Assembly (NCBI GenBank): GCA_963666055.2
Contig: CAXWPH010000015.1
Coordinates: 1,344,001 to 1,408,000, forward strand
Source of the DNA: Acidobacteriota bacterium
GTDB taxonomy: Bacteria; Acidobacteriota; UBA890; WLXD01
Length of the DNA stretch: 64,000 nt
Direction: 5' to 3'
Each line of letters begins with the position of its first letter. Position 1 is the stretch's first letter. A program made the translations under genes and the position numbers. Under the pieces are notes generated by a model that did no database searches, had not been told where the DNA came from, and saw nothing but the letters and a program-made list of their open reading frames with translations. This document shows positions 9,923 to 19,616 of this stretch, in pieces.

Positions 9923-11310
9923 CTACTGCCGCCACGCGGGGATATCGAGTTGTGTCGGCGCCGGCACGAGACCCGCCCGGTGCTCCTCGACGATCGACAC
10001 CAAGTCCGCGATCAGCTCGGGGTGATCGGCGGCGACGTCGAACCGCTCGGCGGGATCCTCCTCGACGTTGTAGAGGGCCGGCGGGTCGCGGGCCACCGGC
10101 TGGTCGCCGACGTACGCTGATTGGGTGATGAAGTGCAGCTTCCAGGGGCCCCTGCGCACGGCGAAGAGGCGTGTCCCTCGATAGTAGTAAACGACGTCCC
10201 GCACTTGTTCGCGCTCGCCTCTCATCACCGGCGTCAGATCCACACCGTCGACGATGCGGTCGGCGGGGAGGGGGACGCCGGCGAGAGCCAACGCGGTGGC
10301 ATAAAGATCCATGGTCGTAGCCAGCGCCGTGGAGGTGAGCCCCGCCTCGATGGTGCCCGGCCACCAGGCCAGCGCGGGCACCCGCATGCCGCCCTCCCAG
10401 GTCGTACCCTTGCCGTCGTGCAGCAACCCGGCGGAGCCGCCTTCGAGCTTCTGCGTGATCCACGGGCCGTTGTCGCTGGTGAAGACCACGAGCGTGTTTT
10501 CGTCCAGGCCCGACTCCCGCAGTGTCGCCAGAATCTCGCCGGTGCTCCAGTCAAGCTCCTCGACCACGTCGCCGTACAGGCCGCGCGGGCTGTTGCCCGC
10601 GAAATCCTCGCCGGCAAACAACGGCACATGAGGGAAAGTGTGGGGTAGGTAGAGGAAGAATGGCCGCCCGCGGTTCCTACGGATGAACGCGATCGCTTCT
10701 TCCGTGTAGCGGCGGGTGAGCGTGCGCTGATCAGGTTCCTTCTCGATGGTCTGGACGCCACGCACGAGCGGTAGCGCCGTGTACCCGCGTTCCGCCAGCT
10801 GCGGGTACATCACGGCGCTCATGTCGTTGGAGTAGGGCACGCCGAAGTACTCGTCGAAACCGTGGTTCGGCGGCAGGTGTTCGGGTCGGTGGCCGAGATG
10901 CCACTTGCCGAAGATGCCGGTCGCGTAGCCCGCGGTCTTGAGCGCCTCCGCGATCGTCAGCTCGGAAGCCGGTAAGCTTCCCTGGGAGGGGGAAAGATCA
11001 CCCGGAAGCGGTCGTTGGCCATCCCGCTTCGGATCGGCAGGCGCCCTGTCATCAACGCCGCGCGGCTCGGCGTGCATACCGAGGCGCCGACGTAGAACTG
11101 CGTGAACTTCATGCCCTCGGCCGCCATGCGATCGAGGTTGGGGGTGCGGATCGTCGGGTTGCCGTAAATGCCGAGGTCGCCGTAGCCGAGGTCGTCGGCG
11201 AACAGAATGACGATGTTCGGGAGGTCGGACGGCGAGATTTCGGGCGCTGATGCGCACCCGGGAAGCATGGCCGCGCCGACGACGATCGCGGCAAGCACGG
11301 ATCTGGACAT
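9923..11310 (-). CDS. Arylsulfatase A-like sulfatase (lipoprotein); frameshift at the G-run 10988-10992
   Basis: [33 protein letters not shown] and GKGTTWEGG motifs split over two frames. Confidence 0.9.
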
Positions 11311-11397
11311 GACGCGGGGATTCTAGTCGCTCGATGGGGCTTTCCGAGCATCACGTGCACGCCTTTTCGCCAACCATGGAGCCGATTGCCATGGCGG

Positions 11398-11416
11398 TTC
11401 TTCAGCACCCTGCTAG
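11398..11416. repeat. Solo IS/MITE terminal repeat
   Basis: Reverse complement CTAGCAGGGTGCTGAAGAA resembles the end at 30737 and the 7252 TIR. Confidence 0.5.
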
Positions 11417-11430
11417 TGGACGGACGACCC

Positions 11431-12906
11431 CTAATCTTGATTACGGATCGAGTACAGGCGGCTCTGAGTCCGCAGAAGCAGTCGATCACCGACGATGGCG
11501 GGCGAGGCTAGCGTCCACTCGTTCAGGTCGTTGATATGGGACAGCCGGTACTCCCGGCCGGCCTCGATCACGAAGGTATCGCCCTCCTCGCCCATCGCGA
11601 AGATCTTGCCGTTGTAAGCCCACGGCGTGGTCGTGAACGCCGAGGCGCCCGGTGCAACGCGGGAGCGATAGACTCGCTCACCGGTCTCGACTTCGTAGCG
11701 GGCGAAGATGCCTCTCGAGGTGAGCACGTACAGCGCGCTGTCGTAGATGATCGGCGTCGGCAGATACGTGCCCCCTGCGACAGGGTTGTACCAGACGACA
11801 TGCTCGTTCTTGTCCGCCTGGGCTTTCGGCGTGATGTCTCCCGACGCGCCCGGACGGATCGAAGCGATGGCCCTGTCTTGCTGTCCGGAGGACCCGGAGG
11901 TCACGAACAGGTGGCCGCCCCAGACGAACGGACTCTGGATGGTGGTGGTCGCCATGCCGTGCATCCGCCACAGCTCCTCGCCCTCCAGGCTATAGCTGAT
12001 GACAGCGCGGGGTCCGACCGTGACGATCTCGGTGCGCAGCTCGTGCTCCCAAACGAAGGGCGTCGACCAGCCGGTCTTTCGCCCTTCGCCCATGTCCCGC
12101 AGCGTGCGCCACAGCTCCTTGCCGGTTCGTTTGTCGAACGCGGCGACGAACCCCTGCTCTTCGTTGTCGTTCAAGACGATCACACGGTCACCATGAAGTG
12201 CGGGAGATGCGCCGGTGCCGAAATCCCGGACCTTCTGAAACAGCTTTAGCGGCGTCGCCCACACCGGGTTCCCGTCCAAGTCGAAGGCGAAGAGCCCAAG
12301 GTGTCCTAAGTAGACGTAGACGCGCTCACCGTCGGTCACTGGTGTCTCGGACGCGAAGCTGTTTTTTCGGTGCCGCCCGCCCGGCGGGTTGCCGTGGTAG
12401 ACCTGGCGCTCCCAGAGGGGCGCACCGCTCTCGAGATCGAAGCAGTAGAGCATCAGGTCGATCACGACCTCGTGTGGCATCTCGCGATCGCGCGCATAGA
12501 GCCGGTCGTTGGCCTCCTCGCTCGACAAACCCTCGGCCCGCATCTCCGCAAGGTACTCATTGCTGAAGTCGGTCCCCAACGAGGGCTGCTTCATCGGCCG
12601 ATCGCTGACGGCTGAAGTCAGGAAGACCTTGCCGTCCCAGACGATCGGCGAAGACCATCCGATGCCGGGCACCTCGATCACCCACTCGACGTTTTCGGTC
12701 GTCGACCACCGCTCCGGCAGCCTCGGGTTGTCGGCGATGGGGAGGGAATCGGGCCCCAGGAAGCGAGGCCAATTGTGCGTCGGCTTGTCTTCATCAACGG
12801 CCTGGAGAGGCGGCGCCCCGGTCGGTGCGGGAGGTTCCTGTCGGGCTGCGGCGGCAACGCAGCCCATCGCGACCAGCACAGCTACGATCGCCCGGCTAGT
12901 GCTCAT
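11431..12906 (-). CDS. PQQ-binding-like (BamB-like) beta-propeller protein
   Basis: NWPRFLG, GWSSPIVW, ASETPVTDG and ASPAI motifs; signal peptide. Confidence 0.85.
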   Translation of the reverse strand: MSTSRAIVAVLVAMGCVAAAARQEPPAPTGAPPLQAVDEDKPTHNWPRFLGPDSLPIADNPRLPERWSTTENVEWVIEVPGIGWSSPIVWDGKVFLTSAVSDRPMKQPSLGTDFSNEYLAEMRAEGLSSEEANDRLYARDREMPHEVVIDLMLYCFDLESGAPLWERQVYHGNPPGGRHRKNSFASETPVTDGERVYVYLGHLGLFAFDLDGNPVWATPLKLFQKVRDFGTGASPALHGDRVIVLNDNEEQGFVAAFDKRTGKELWRTLRDMGEGRKTGWSTPFVWEHELRTEIVTVGPRAVISYSLEGEELWRMHGMATTTIQSPFVWGGHLFVTSGSSGQQDRAIASIRPGASGDITPKAQADKNEHVVWYNPVAGGTYLPTPIIYDSALYVLTSRGIFARYEVETGERVYRSRVAPGASAFTTTPWAYNGKIFAMGEEGDTFVIEAGREYRLSHINDLNEWTLASPAIVGDRLLLRTQSRLYSIRNQD

Positions 12907-13071
12907 CGATCAGTCCTCCACGAATTCGGCGACAATCCGATTGCTGTTCATGGGCCGCGGAGCCGCAGATCCGCGCCGCACGCGACCATCACGTATTCAG
13001 TGCTGCAGTCCGAACTGTGCCCACGATTGTGCCCGCGGGAACTAACCAGCGCCAACTGGGCCCGTTTGGTC

Positions 13072-13110
13072 TTAGAAGTCCGCTGCTCTATCCAGCTGAG
13101 CTACGGGCGC
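13072..13110 (-). tRNA. 5' half of tRNA-Arg(UCU), truncated after the anticodon loop (att relic)
   Basis: GCGCCCGTAGCTCAGCTGGATAGAGCAGCGGACTTCTAA followed by non-tRNA sequence; no T-arm. Confidence 0.85.
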
Positions 13111-13125
13111 GTGAGAGTTAAGTAT

Positions 13126-13686
13126 CTATTTCACAGCAAGTTGAGACGTATCAGAGAAATCGACAATACGACCAAATCGGCCTGATTGTCCCTTTTCTGT
13201 CCCCTTTCCGCCGGCGAGCCGCCCGAGTGCGCTCCTCAGATCGGCCTCATCGACGATGTCGTAGCGGTCGAAAACGGAGCGCGTCTTGTGACCGGTGATC
13301 GCCATTGCCGTCTTCTCGGGTACGCCGGCGCGGACCAGGTTGCGGACTGCTGTCCGGCGAAAGTCATGCAGCAGCTTGCCCGGGCACCCGGCGGCTTTGC
13401 AAGCTGACGCCCAAGCCTTGCGGAACCCCTTGATCGCCTTTCCATCTCTGTGGAACACGTAGGGACAGATAGTGTCGTCAGCCGTCAGGCGCTGGTGCTC
13501 TTGCCACTGCCGCTCGATGACCTGGACCAGTTCCGGGAGTAGATCGTAGGGAAGTGTTCGCCCCTCAGAGTTCTTCGTGGTTCCGGGTTCGAGCCGCACC
13601 GTTCGCGACGCCCTGTCCACGTGTGCCCAGGTGAGCAGGAGGATTTCTGAGGGGACTCGCCAGCCGGTGTAGTAAGCGAACGTTCC
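13126..13686 (-). pseudogene. Tyrosine recombinase/integrase catalytic domain only (N-terminal domains lost)
   Basis: AYYTGWR, TKN, HDFRR, TGH and FDRY motifs. Confidence 0.9.
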
Positions 13687-13753
13687 GCCGTCTCAACACG
13701 AGCCCTCCTACCGGGCGGTCGGCCGCCGTGCGGAAGACGTAGCCCAACGACCG

Positions 13754-14479
13754 CTAGAAGAGGGATCGGATGAGGTCCTCGCGGAAGTCCGATCCCGGCG
13801 CCAGGTAGCCACCCAGCACGGCACGACGATGCTCGGACCCCTCCTGCCTGCGGTCGATGAGGACGCTCCCGTCCAGCGCCTGAAAAGCCACGTGGAGGGT
13901 GTCGCCCCGGATCCGGTACCAAATAGTCTCGCCGTCCCGGATACCTCGATCGCGGATCGGCTCGTACTGGGCCTCGATCTCGGGAAGCAGGGTCCGAACC
14001 TCCTCCGACGACAGGAAACCGGCGTCCCGGGCGTGTTCCATGTTCTCGCGAATCCCGTCCAGGAACTGCTCGAGGCTGACGTCGCGGAGGAAGCGGCTCC
14101 GAACCAGCAGGTCCTGGGATTCGACGGCGGCTCGCACGACCGACTCGGCCAGCTCGTCGGTGTACTGCCGGCCGTCAACAAGGTGCTCCAGCTCGGCGGC
14201 AGTCTGCGCTCCGAACCGCAGCGTCAGGCGCAGGACGTCCACCCGGAAGATCGTTCGCTCGTAGACCATTTCCAGGGAGGCGTACGGACCCGAGGCCAGT
14301 CCGGTGGCGTCTACGGGAATCGCGGCGGCGGCGCCTTCGTCCTGGTCCCGGACCGCCGGCGCGCGCCCCGGCACGGCGAGGACGAGCGCCAGCGCCGGGA
14401 CTGCGATCCCGAGGGGTTCCCTCGCGGTTCGCGGGGTGCGGCCGCGGTCGTCGACACCCACCCTCGCCATCGTCAACAT
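13754..14479 (-). CDS. Hypothetical exported protein
   Basis: 241-aa ORF with hydrophobic N-terminal segment, overlapping the upstream methyltransferase stop. Confidence 0.6.
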   Translation of the reverse strand: MLTMARVGVDDRGRTPRTAREPLGIAVPALALVLAVPGRAPAVRDQDEGAAAAIPVDATGLASGPYASLEMVYERTIFRVDVLRLTLRFGAQTAAELEHLVDGRQYTDELAESVVRAAVESQDLLVRSRFLRDVSLEQFLDGIRENMEHARDAGFLSSEEVRTLLPEIEAQYEPIRDRGIRDGETIWYRIRGDTLHVAFQALDGSVLIDRRQEGSEHRRAVLGGYLAPGSDFREDLIRSLF

Positions 14480-15381
14480 CGTTCCCGGGGCCCCGGGTCA
14501 TCCTCCCGAGGGCGGCGGGCGGTGAGCATCGCGTACCGCATCGCCCCGACCCGATACGCCAGCCAGATGCGCACCATCGTCCGAGCGAAGACCCGTTCCT
14601 CCCGGCTCCGGTCCAGGATGAAGCGTCGATAGTCGGAACGTCGGAGGAGCGCTCCAGCGAGCCGGCGGAGACAGATCGTCCACGTCCTCCGGACCTTTCG
14701 GGTGAGGTCCTCGACCTCCACGACCCGGAGGCCGGCCGCCTCCACCGCTGCCCGCAGGCTCGATCCGGTGGGGAGCCACGCCAGCCGGCCCTCCCGGCGG
14801 ATGGGTTCGAGGAGATGCCGCCGCGCCCATCCCGACGGCGCTTCGGCCGCGAGCCAGGCACAGACCACCAGCCGTCCCTCCGGTCTGAGGACCCGTCGCG
14901 CCTCGCGGAACGCTCGACGCGGATCCGCCATGTGCTCGGTGCTCTCGATGGCCAGGACCGCATCGAAGGCTTCCGCCGGCAGCCCGTTGTCGAGCCAATC
15001 CCGAAGCAGATGGCATGGATTCGGGCCCGGCGCAGCACGGACGGCGTACCGGTGCTGCGCCGGCGAGATGGTGAGGGCCGTCACCCGGGCGTCCCTCTCC
15101 CCGGCCAGGAGACGGGCGGTGCCGCCGTACCCCGAGCCGGCGTCGCAGACTTGGTCGCGAGGCCCGATCCCCGCCCGGTCCGCGGCGCTGCGCACCAGTG
15201 CTTCCACCGCCTCCTGCTGCGTCTCCCGGCCGGTGATCCACAGGCCGTGATGCACGTGTTCCCCCCAGAACTCCCGGTAGAAGCGGTCGAGCTGATCGTA
15301 ATGGCGGGCCACCGCCAGTGGTAAGTCAAACACTCGCCCCCCGCATTCACTCGAACTCACACGGCCGACCTTCGCCTTCAT
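14473..15381 (-). CDS. Class I SAM-dependent methyltransferase (tocopherol/sterol methyltransferase-like)
   Basis: HYD...WGEHVHHGLW, DAGSGYGG and AIESTEHM motifs; exact start uncertain. Confidence 0.85.
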   Translation of the reverse strand: MKAKVGRVSSSECGGRVFDLPLAVARHYDQLDRFYREFWGEHVHHGLWITGRETQQEAVEALVRSAADRAGIGPRDQVCDAGSGYGGTARLLAGERDARVTALTISPAQHRYAVRAAPGPNPCHLLRDWLDNGLPAEAFDAVLAIESTEHMADPRRAFREARRVLRPEGRLVVCAWLAAEAPSGWARRHLLEPIRREGRLAWLPTGSSLRAAVEAAGLRVVEVEDLTRKVRRTWTICLRRLAGALLRRSDYRRFILDRSREERVFARTMVRIWLAYRVGAMRYAMLTARRPREDDPGPRERC

Positions 15382-15554
15382 GAGGTTGATCCTCCCGGGA
15401 TCCCTTACGCGAGCATCTCTCCAACTTTCAGGTTCTGATCAGCTCAAGAGACGGGCTGCCTGCTTGACGCCCCGACCGCAGCCTGTCGACTCCAGTCGAG
15501 CGCATACAGCACGTAGGCTGGGTAGATCCCGGTGCCCTGTGGCCCGGAGATCCT

Positions 15555-15804
15555 GTAGGTGCCGTCTTCGGTGCCGACATCAAAGACCGAGGCTAATGTG
15601 CGGGTGGTTCAGGGCGGCAGCAGCGCGGGCCTCCTGCTCGAAGCGGGCCAGGCGCTCGGGGTCAGAGGCGAACTCGGCGGGTAGCACCTTGATGGCCACC
15701 TTGCGGCCCAGGCGTGTGTCCTCAGCTAGCCACACTTCGCCCATACCGCCAGCACCGAGCTGCTCGGTGATCTCGTAGTGGCCTAGTTTGGTGCCGGGTT
15801 CCAT
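15555..15804 (-). pseudogene. Ser/Thr kinase N-terminal fragment (subdomains I-IV)
   Basis: [45 protein letters not shown], then frameshifted [11 protein letters not shown]. Confidence 0.9.
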
Positions 15805-15867
15805 GGCGCTACCGGAGGATGGTGGATGAGCGCCTGAAGCCTATCGCCGGAGTCTACGCGGGTCCAC
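15805..15867 (-). promoter_or_regulatory. Kinase-family promoter/leader, copy A
   Basis: GTGGAC-N18-TAGGCT then TCAGGCGCTCATCCA...GGTAGCGCC-ATG. Confidence 0.65.
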
Positions 15868-15991
15868 GGAAGACGTCGTCACGGGCTTTTACTAGCGCCG
15901 AATGGCCCATACGCGAGCGTATCGGGAGACCTATATATACGGACGTGGCTCCGCCACCCACACATCGTTGGCAGCCTAGTTCACCCTGGAC

Positions 15992-16093
15992 GGGGACAAA
16001 ATAGGGACAATCAGTCGATCGGAGCGATCCGTTTGATTATCGTGATCCCGATAAGTCCTTTGTTTTCAAGTACCGAGGGAGGGACTCGAACCC
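15992..16093. mobile_element. Relic integrase attachment site with 3' fragment of a tRNA (probably Leu)
   Basis: GGGACA direct repeats at 15993 and 16004; minus strand 16070-16093 reads GGGTTCGAGTCCCTCCCTCGGTAC (T-arm plus acceptor strand). Confidence 0.7.
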
Positions 16094-16172
16094 GATCTAG
16101 CGGATTCTGCTAAGTGGTTGATGGCGCACGGCTTTCGCCGTTTCTCGTTGGCAGGGACTCGCTCACGAGGGC

Positions 16173-18086
16173 TCACGTTGTCGACAACAAGTCCGTCACC
16201 GCCCGATGCGCCTCACCAATGGCAACCTCGGTCATGGCCCACGCGCCCGCGTCGGAGTTGGCGATGGCGATCCGGCCAAAAGGTTGGCGGGCGACGAGCC
16301 ACGGACGACGCTCGGGCGGTAGATCATCGGGTCTCCACGCGACCTCACCCGTCTTCGGATCCTGGCCGTATGCATAGCCGTGTGGCCAGCGATTCACGGT
16401 TATCGCCGCGATGTCGCGCGCCGGGTCGAAGCCTCCGGCTGACAGTATCCGGCCGAGCTGATCCCTGATCTTGCGCTCGAAGGTCGCGAACGTCGTCGCC
16501 AGCAGACGCCGGCGCGCGGCCTTCCACTGCTCAGGCACGGACCGCCCGCGGGCCTCCGGCACCAGGGGAATGCGGAACATACGCACGACGATGGGCTCGT
16601 CAGGCGTGCTCGCGTGTCGGTAGCTCCCAATGCTGAGCGGTCGCTGCACATTAACGTTCTCGAAGTAGCTGCCTGGGCAGCGCACCCTGCTCACACCGAG
16701 CTTGGCGAAGGCGGTCCAGTTGCGGATCAGGACGTTGGTGTAGATAAGGGGCGCCTTGAGTGCGATCGATAGCGCGTGTTTTTGCGGATCCGGCAGTTCC
16801 TCGCAAATCAAAGGGATCACGGCGTTGTAGCAGGCGAGCACGCAACGACCGGCGCGAACTCGCCGGGCGTGGCCGTGGCGGACGTAGGTGACCTCGACTT
16901 CCTTGGCGATTCGCCGATCGCCACGGTGAGCTACCTGCACCGCTGTGCTCTCCAGCCGCACGCGGACAGCCGAGCCCTCCCGATCGAGCTTGCCATAGTC
17001 GAACGGAGCGTCGACAACGTCCTCCATCGTGCTGCCGGAAGCGACCTCTGGGATCAGCGACCGGACGATCAGACGCGCGATTGACGCGTTGCCATCCGGA
17101 AACTGGAAGAAAGCACGCTCCTCGACGGGTTCGGCATCGTCGTCGCCGAGCCCCAGCCCGGTGGTCCCAGGCCAGCTGCCGGCGACGAGCCAGGCGGGGA
17201 CGCCATCGAGGCCGATAGTCCAACCGCCGGAGGTCTCGAGGAAGGAGATTGCCTCGCGACCGACCTTGGCCACCTTCAAGAGAAAGTCCTCGTAGCTCGT
17301 GCGCCGAAGAAACGCGGCCTTCTCCTCCAAGCTGAGGTGGGCCAAGTAATCGATGCTCGAGTCGTGGAGTCGTAGGATGTCATCACGTGCCCCTTCGGAC
17401 AGGGGCGCGCGCGCCAGGAACTCGCGCCAAGAGGGCTCGCCTTCGCCTACTAGCAGGCGATCGGTGCCGAACGTTTCGCGGTCGAAGAAAACCGATCTGC
17501 GCAGGCCGAGCGAGCTGTACAGGTCGCTATCGACGAATTCGGAGTAACGGCTTACGTCGATGCCAATCCCGCGGATCAGGCGCTGGGCTCCTTCACCGTA
17601 CTCGTTCAGGTTGGAGATAAAGACCGTGCCGCCATGCGACAGGAACACCCGACCGTCGAGCCGGAACTCGTTGCGCTTGGCATGACCGCCGAAGTCGTCG
17701 TGGTTGTCGAGAATCAAGATGCGGGCGCCGGGAACAGCTTCTTGATAGAACCACGCCGCCGCGAGGCCGCTGAGGCCACCGCCAACCACGACCAGATCAT
17801 AGAGCTCACCCGTCTCCTCCGCGTTGTCCCAGCGCATGCCTTCGACAAGCTGGTGGGCAACCTCGTAGGAGCCGTCGTGGCTGCCGCGCATACCAGTGCG
17901 GATGGGTGGATACGTGTCGGCGAGGGCCTGTGAGACTCTTCCCGGAGCCTCAGGGCTCGCCAGGGCGTTCGTCTGCGCCCATGGGAGCGTGAGACTGCCG
18001 CTCAGCGCAACGCTGATACCGGAGACAAAGTCGCGACGGTTAATCTCCCGGTGCATCCCGAGATCACGATCATCACTGCTGGACAT
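16173..18086 (-). CDS. Spermidine dehydrogenase SpdH-like FAD oxidoreductase with Tat signal, copy 1
   Basis: NRRDFV, GMRGSHDGS, GGGLSG, DNHDDFGGHAKRNEF, FPDGNAS and VNRWPHGYAY motifs. Confidence 0.85.
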   Translation of the reverse strand: MSSSDDRDLGMHREINRRDFVSGISVALSGSLTLPWAQTNALASPEAPGRVSQALADTYPPIRTGMRGSHDGSYEVAHQLVEGMRWDNAEETGELYDLVVVGGGLSGLAAAWFYQEAVPGARILILDNHDDFGGHAKRNEFRLDGRVFLSHGGTVFISNLNEYGEGAQRLIRGIGIDVSRYSEFVDSDLYSSLGLRRSVFFDRETFGTDRLLVGEGEPSWREFLARAPLSEGARDDILRLHDSSIDYLAHLSLEEKAAFLRRTSYEDFLLKVAKVGREAISFLETSGGWTIGLDGVPAWLVAGSWPGTTGLGLGDDDAEPVEERAFFQFPDGNASIARLIVRSLIPEVASGSTMEDVVDAPFDYGKLDREGSAVRVRLESTAVQVAHRGDRRIAKEVEVTYVRHGHARRVRAGRCVLACYNAVIPLICEELPDPQKHALSIALKAPLIYTNVLIRNWTAFAKLGVSRVRCPGSYFENVNVQRPLSIGSYRHASTPDEPIVVRMFRIPLVPEARGRSVPEQWKAARRRLLATTFATFERKIRDQLGRILSAGGFDPARDIAAITVNRWPHGYAYGQDPKTGEVAWRPDDLPPERRPWLVARQPFGRIAIANSDAGAWAMTEVAIGEAHRAVTDLLSTT

Positions 18087-18238
18087 AGGTCGTCCTCCAG
18101 CTTCTCTGACGCCGTAGCTGCGCGGATCGTCGGTTCTCGAGTCCCTACCGATTCCCCTCGTGTCCAAACTCTACCGTTCCGGAGCCTAATGCCCAGCTGC
18201 GCTGAGCGCCACGGCACGTCGGAGGGGAATCCGCCGAT

Positions 18239-18328
18239 CGTGTCGCGTGCTCGACACACCTGCCCCATACCGCTTTCACCGAGCGGGGCGAGGGTCTCGT
18301 AGTGGCCTAATCGCGTGCCAGGTTCCAT
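18239..18328 (-). pseudogene. Ser/Thr kinase N-terminal fragment (30 codons)
   Basis: MEPGTRLGHYETLAPLGESGMGQVCRARDT. Confidence 0.85.
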
Positions 18329-18391
18329 AGCGCTGCCAGCCGGGGTTGGGTGGGCGCGTGAAGCCTATCGTCGGGGCACGCGGGGGTCTAC
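18329..18391 (-). promoter_or_regulatory. Kinase-family promoter/leader, copy B
   Basis: GTAGAC-N18-TAGGCT then TCACGCGCCCACCCA...GGCAGCGCT-ATG. Confidence 0.6.
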
Positions 18392-18557
18392 GGGCGGGCA
18401 CCGCCGTGGCCCCAGCTTCGCGTGCCGGAACGCCCCGATACCTCAAGTAGTCGACTCCAGTCGACTGGCGTCTACTGGAGTGAACCCCAGTCGTGGAGAC
18501 GTTTTGGAGACGGCAAGTCAGCGACGCGGCGGATCTTGGTGGTCTGCGCTGGGTAGG

Positions 18558-18990
18558 CTACGGCTCCGTCGGCACGAGCCGCTTCAGCTCGTCGAACCAT
18601 TTGAGCACAACTTCGATCTGGGTAACCGGCTCCGCCGGCTCGGAGAATTTGATCATCACAAGATCGCCGTCGGGAGTGATGTCGTAGGCTCGGACGGGGC
18701 TCGTCCAGACCACCCCCGGCGCCTCAAACAACACGCTCGGCGTTCCGAGATCGAGTGTTTCACCGCCGGTGACTGTGACCTCGACGATCATCATCCGCTC
18801 ATACAGCTCTCCTGCTCGATACAAGAGCGCTTGCCCGTCCCTCCCCCACACCGGGCTGGTGCCACCGTTCGTCGAGATCCGTATCTCTGGGTCTGGTCCC
18901 GGGAAAGGCCGCACGTAAATCTCGTGCTGCCCCGTGTGATCGGAGGCATAGGCTAACCACGTCCCAACTGGCGAGAACGTCGGGGGATAC
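18558..18990 (-). pseudogene. C-terminal TolB/PD40 fragment of a Ser/Thr kinase
   Basis: WLAYASD.TG..EIYVRPFPG and terminal VVLKWFDELKRLVPTEP, nearly identical to the end of the kinase at 62189. Confidence 0.85.
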
Positions 18991-19043
18991 GCCCCCGAGG
19001 ACCCCAAGGGGTGTAAGCTCGGGAAAATCGCCGTGAGGGAATT

Positions 19044-19259
19044 ATGTTCGGCTCGATCGGGGGCACTGAGCTCCTCATTATCCTGGTGATCGCGCTCGTG
19101 GCGTTCGGCCCGAAGCGTCTGCCGGAGCTGGGGCGCACGATTGGCAAGGGCCTGCGTGAGTTCCGACGAGCCTCGAACGACCTGAAACGCTCGCTTGAAG
19201 ATGAGATCATGCTCGATGAGCACCGTAGCGAGCGGACGGGTTCTCGCGATACTGACTGA
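19044..19259 (+). CDS. tatA: Twin-arginine translocase TatA/TatB subunit
   Basis: MFGSIGGTELLIILVIALVAFGPKRLPELGRTIGKGLREFRRA. Confidence 0.85.
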   Translation: MFGSIGGTELLIILVIALVAFGPKRLPELGRTIGKGLREFRRASNDLKRSLEDEIMLDEHRSERTGSRDTD

Positions 19260-19371
19260 GCGAGTGAACCGACTGGACGAGTGGTCGGAGTAACCGCGCG
19301 GTGAGCGAGTCTGAAGGCGCGACGATGGCCGAGGACCAGCCGGGAGCTGGCCGGACGAGACGCTACCGGAA

Positions 19372-19484
19372 ATGACGTTGCTCGGTCACCTGACCGAGCT
19401 CCGCCGACGCCTCATCGTCAGCTTGGTGACGTTCGTCATCGGGATGGTGGTGTGCTGGGCGTTCGCGGCGGACATCTACAGGCG
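19372..19484 (+). pseudogene. tatC: TatC N-terminal fragment
   Basis: MTLLGHLTELRRRLI and the first TM helix, then similarity stops. Confidence 0.8.
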
Positions 19485-19616
19485 GATGTCCCAGCTCGTC
19501 CCAGGACGCTGTTCCTGGAAGACCAAGTTCCCGTCGAACGACCAGGCCCATGGGGATTGGATGTTCGGGCTCTTGGTGAGCTGCTCGACCTCCCCGCTGC
19601 CGTCGGCCCTCTGGAT
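19485..19616 (-). pseudogene. Internal PD40/TolB fragment of a Ser/Thr kinase
   Basis: RADGSGEVEQLTKSPNIQSPWAWSFDGNLVFQEQRPGTSWDI aligns with the kinase region around 61560-61700. Confidence 0.7.

Noticed and set aside
13072-13110. Functional or intron-containing tRNA-Arg
   Set aside because: No matching 3' half nearby; the 3' fragment at 16070-16093 lies upstream on that strand and its acceptor strand does not pair with GCGCCCG
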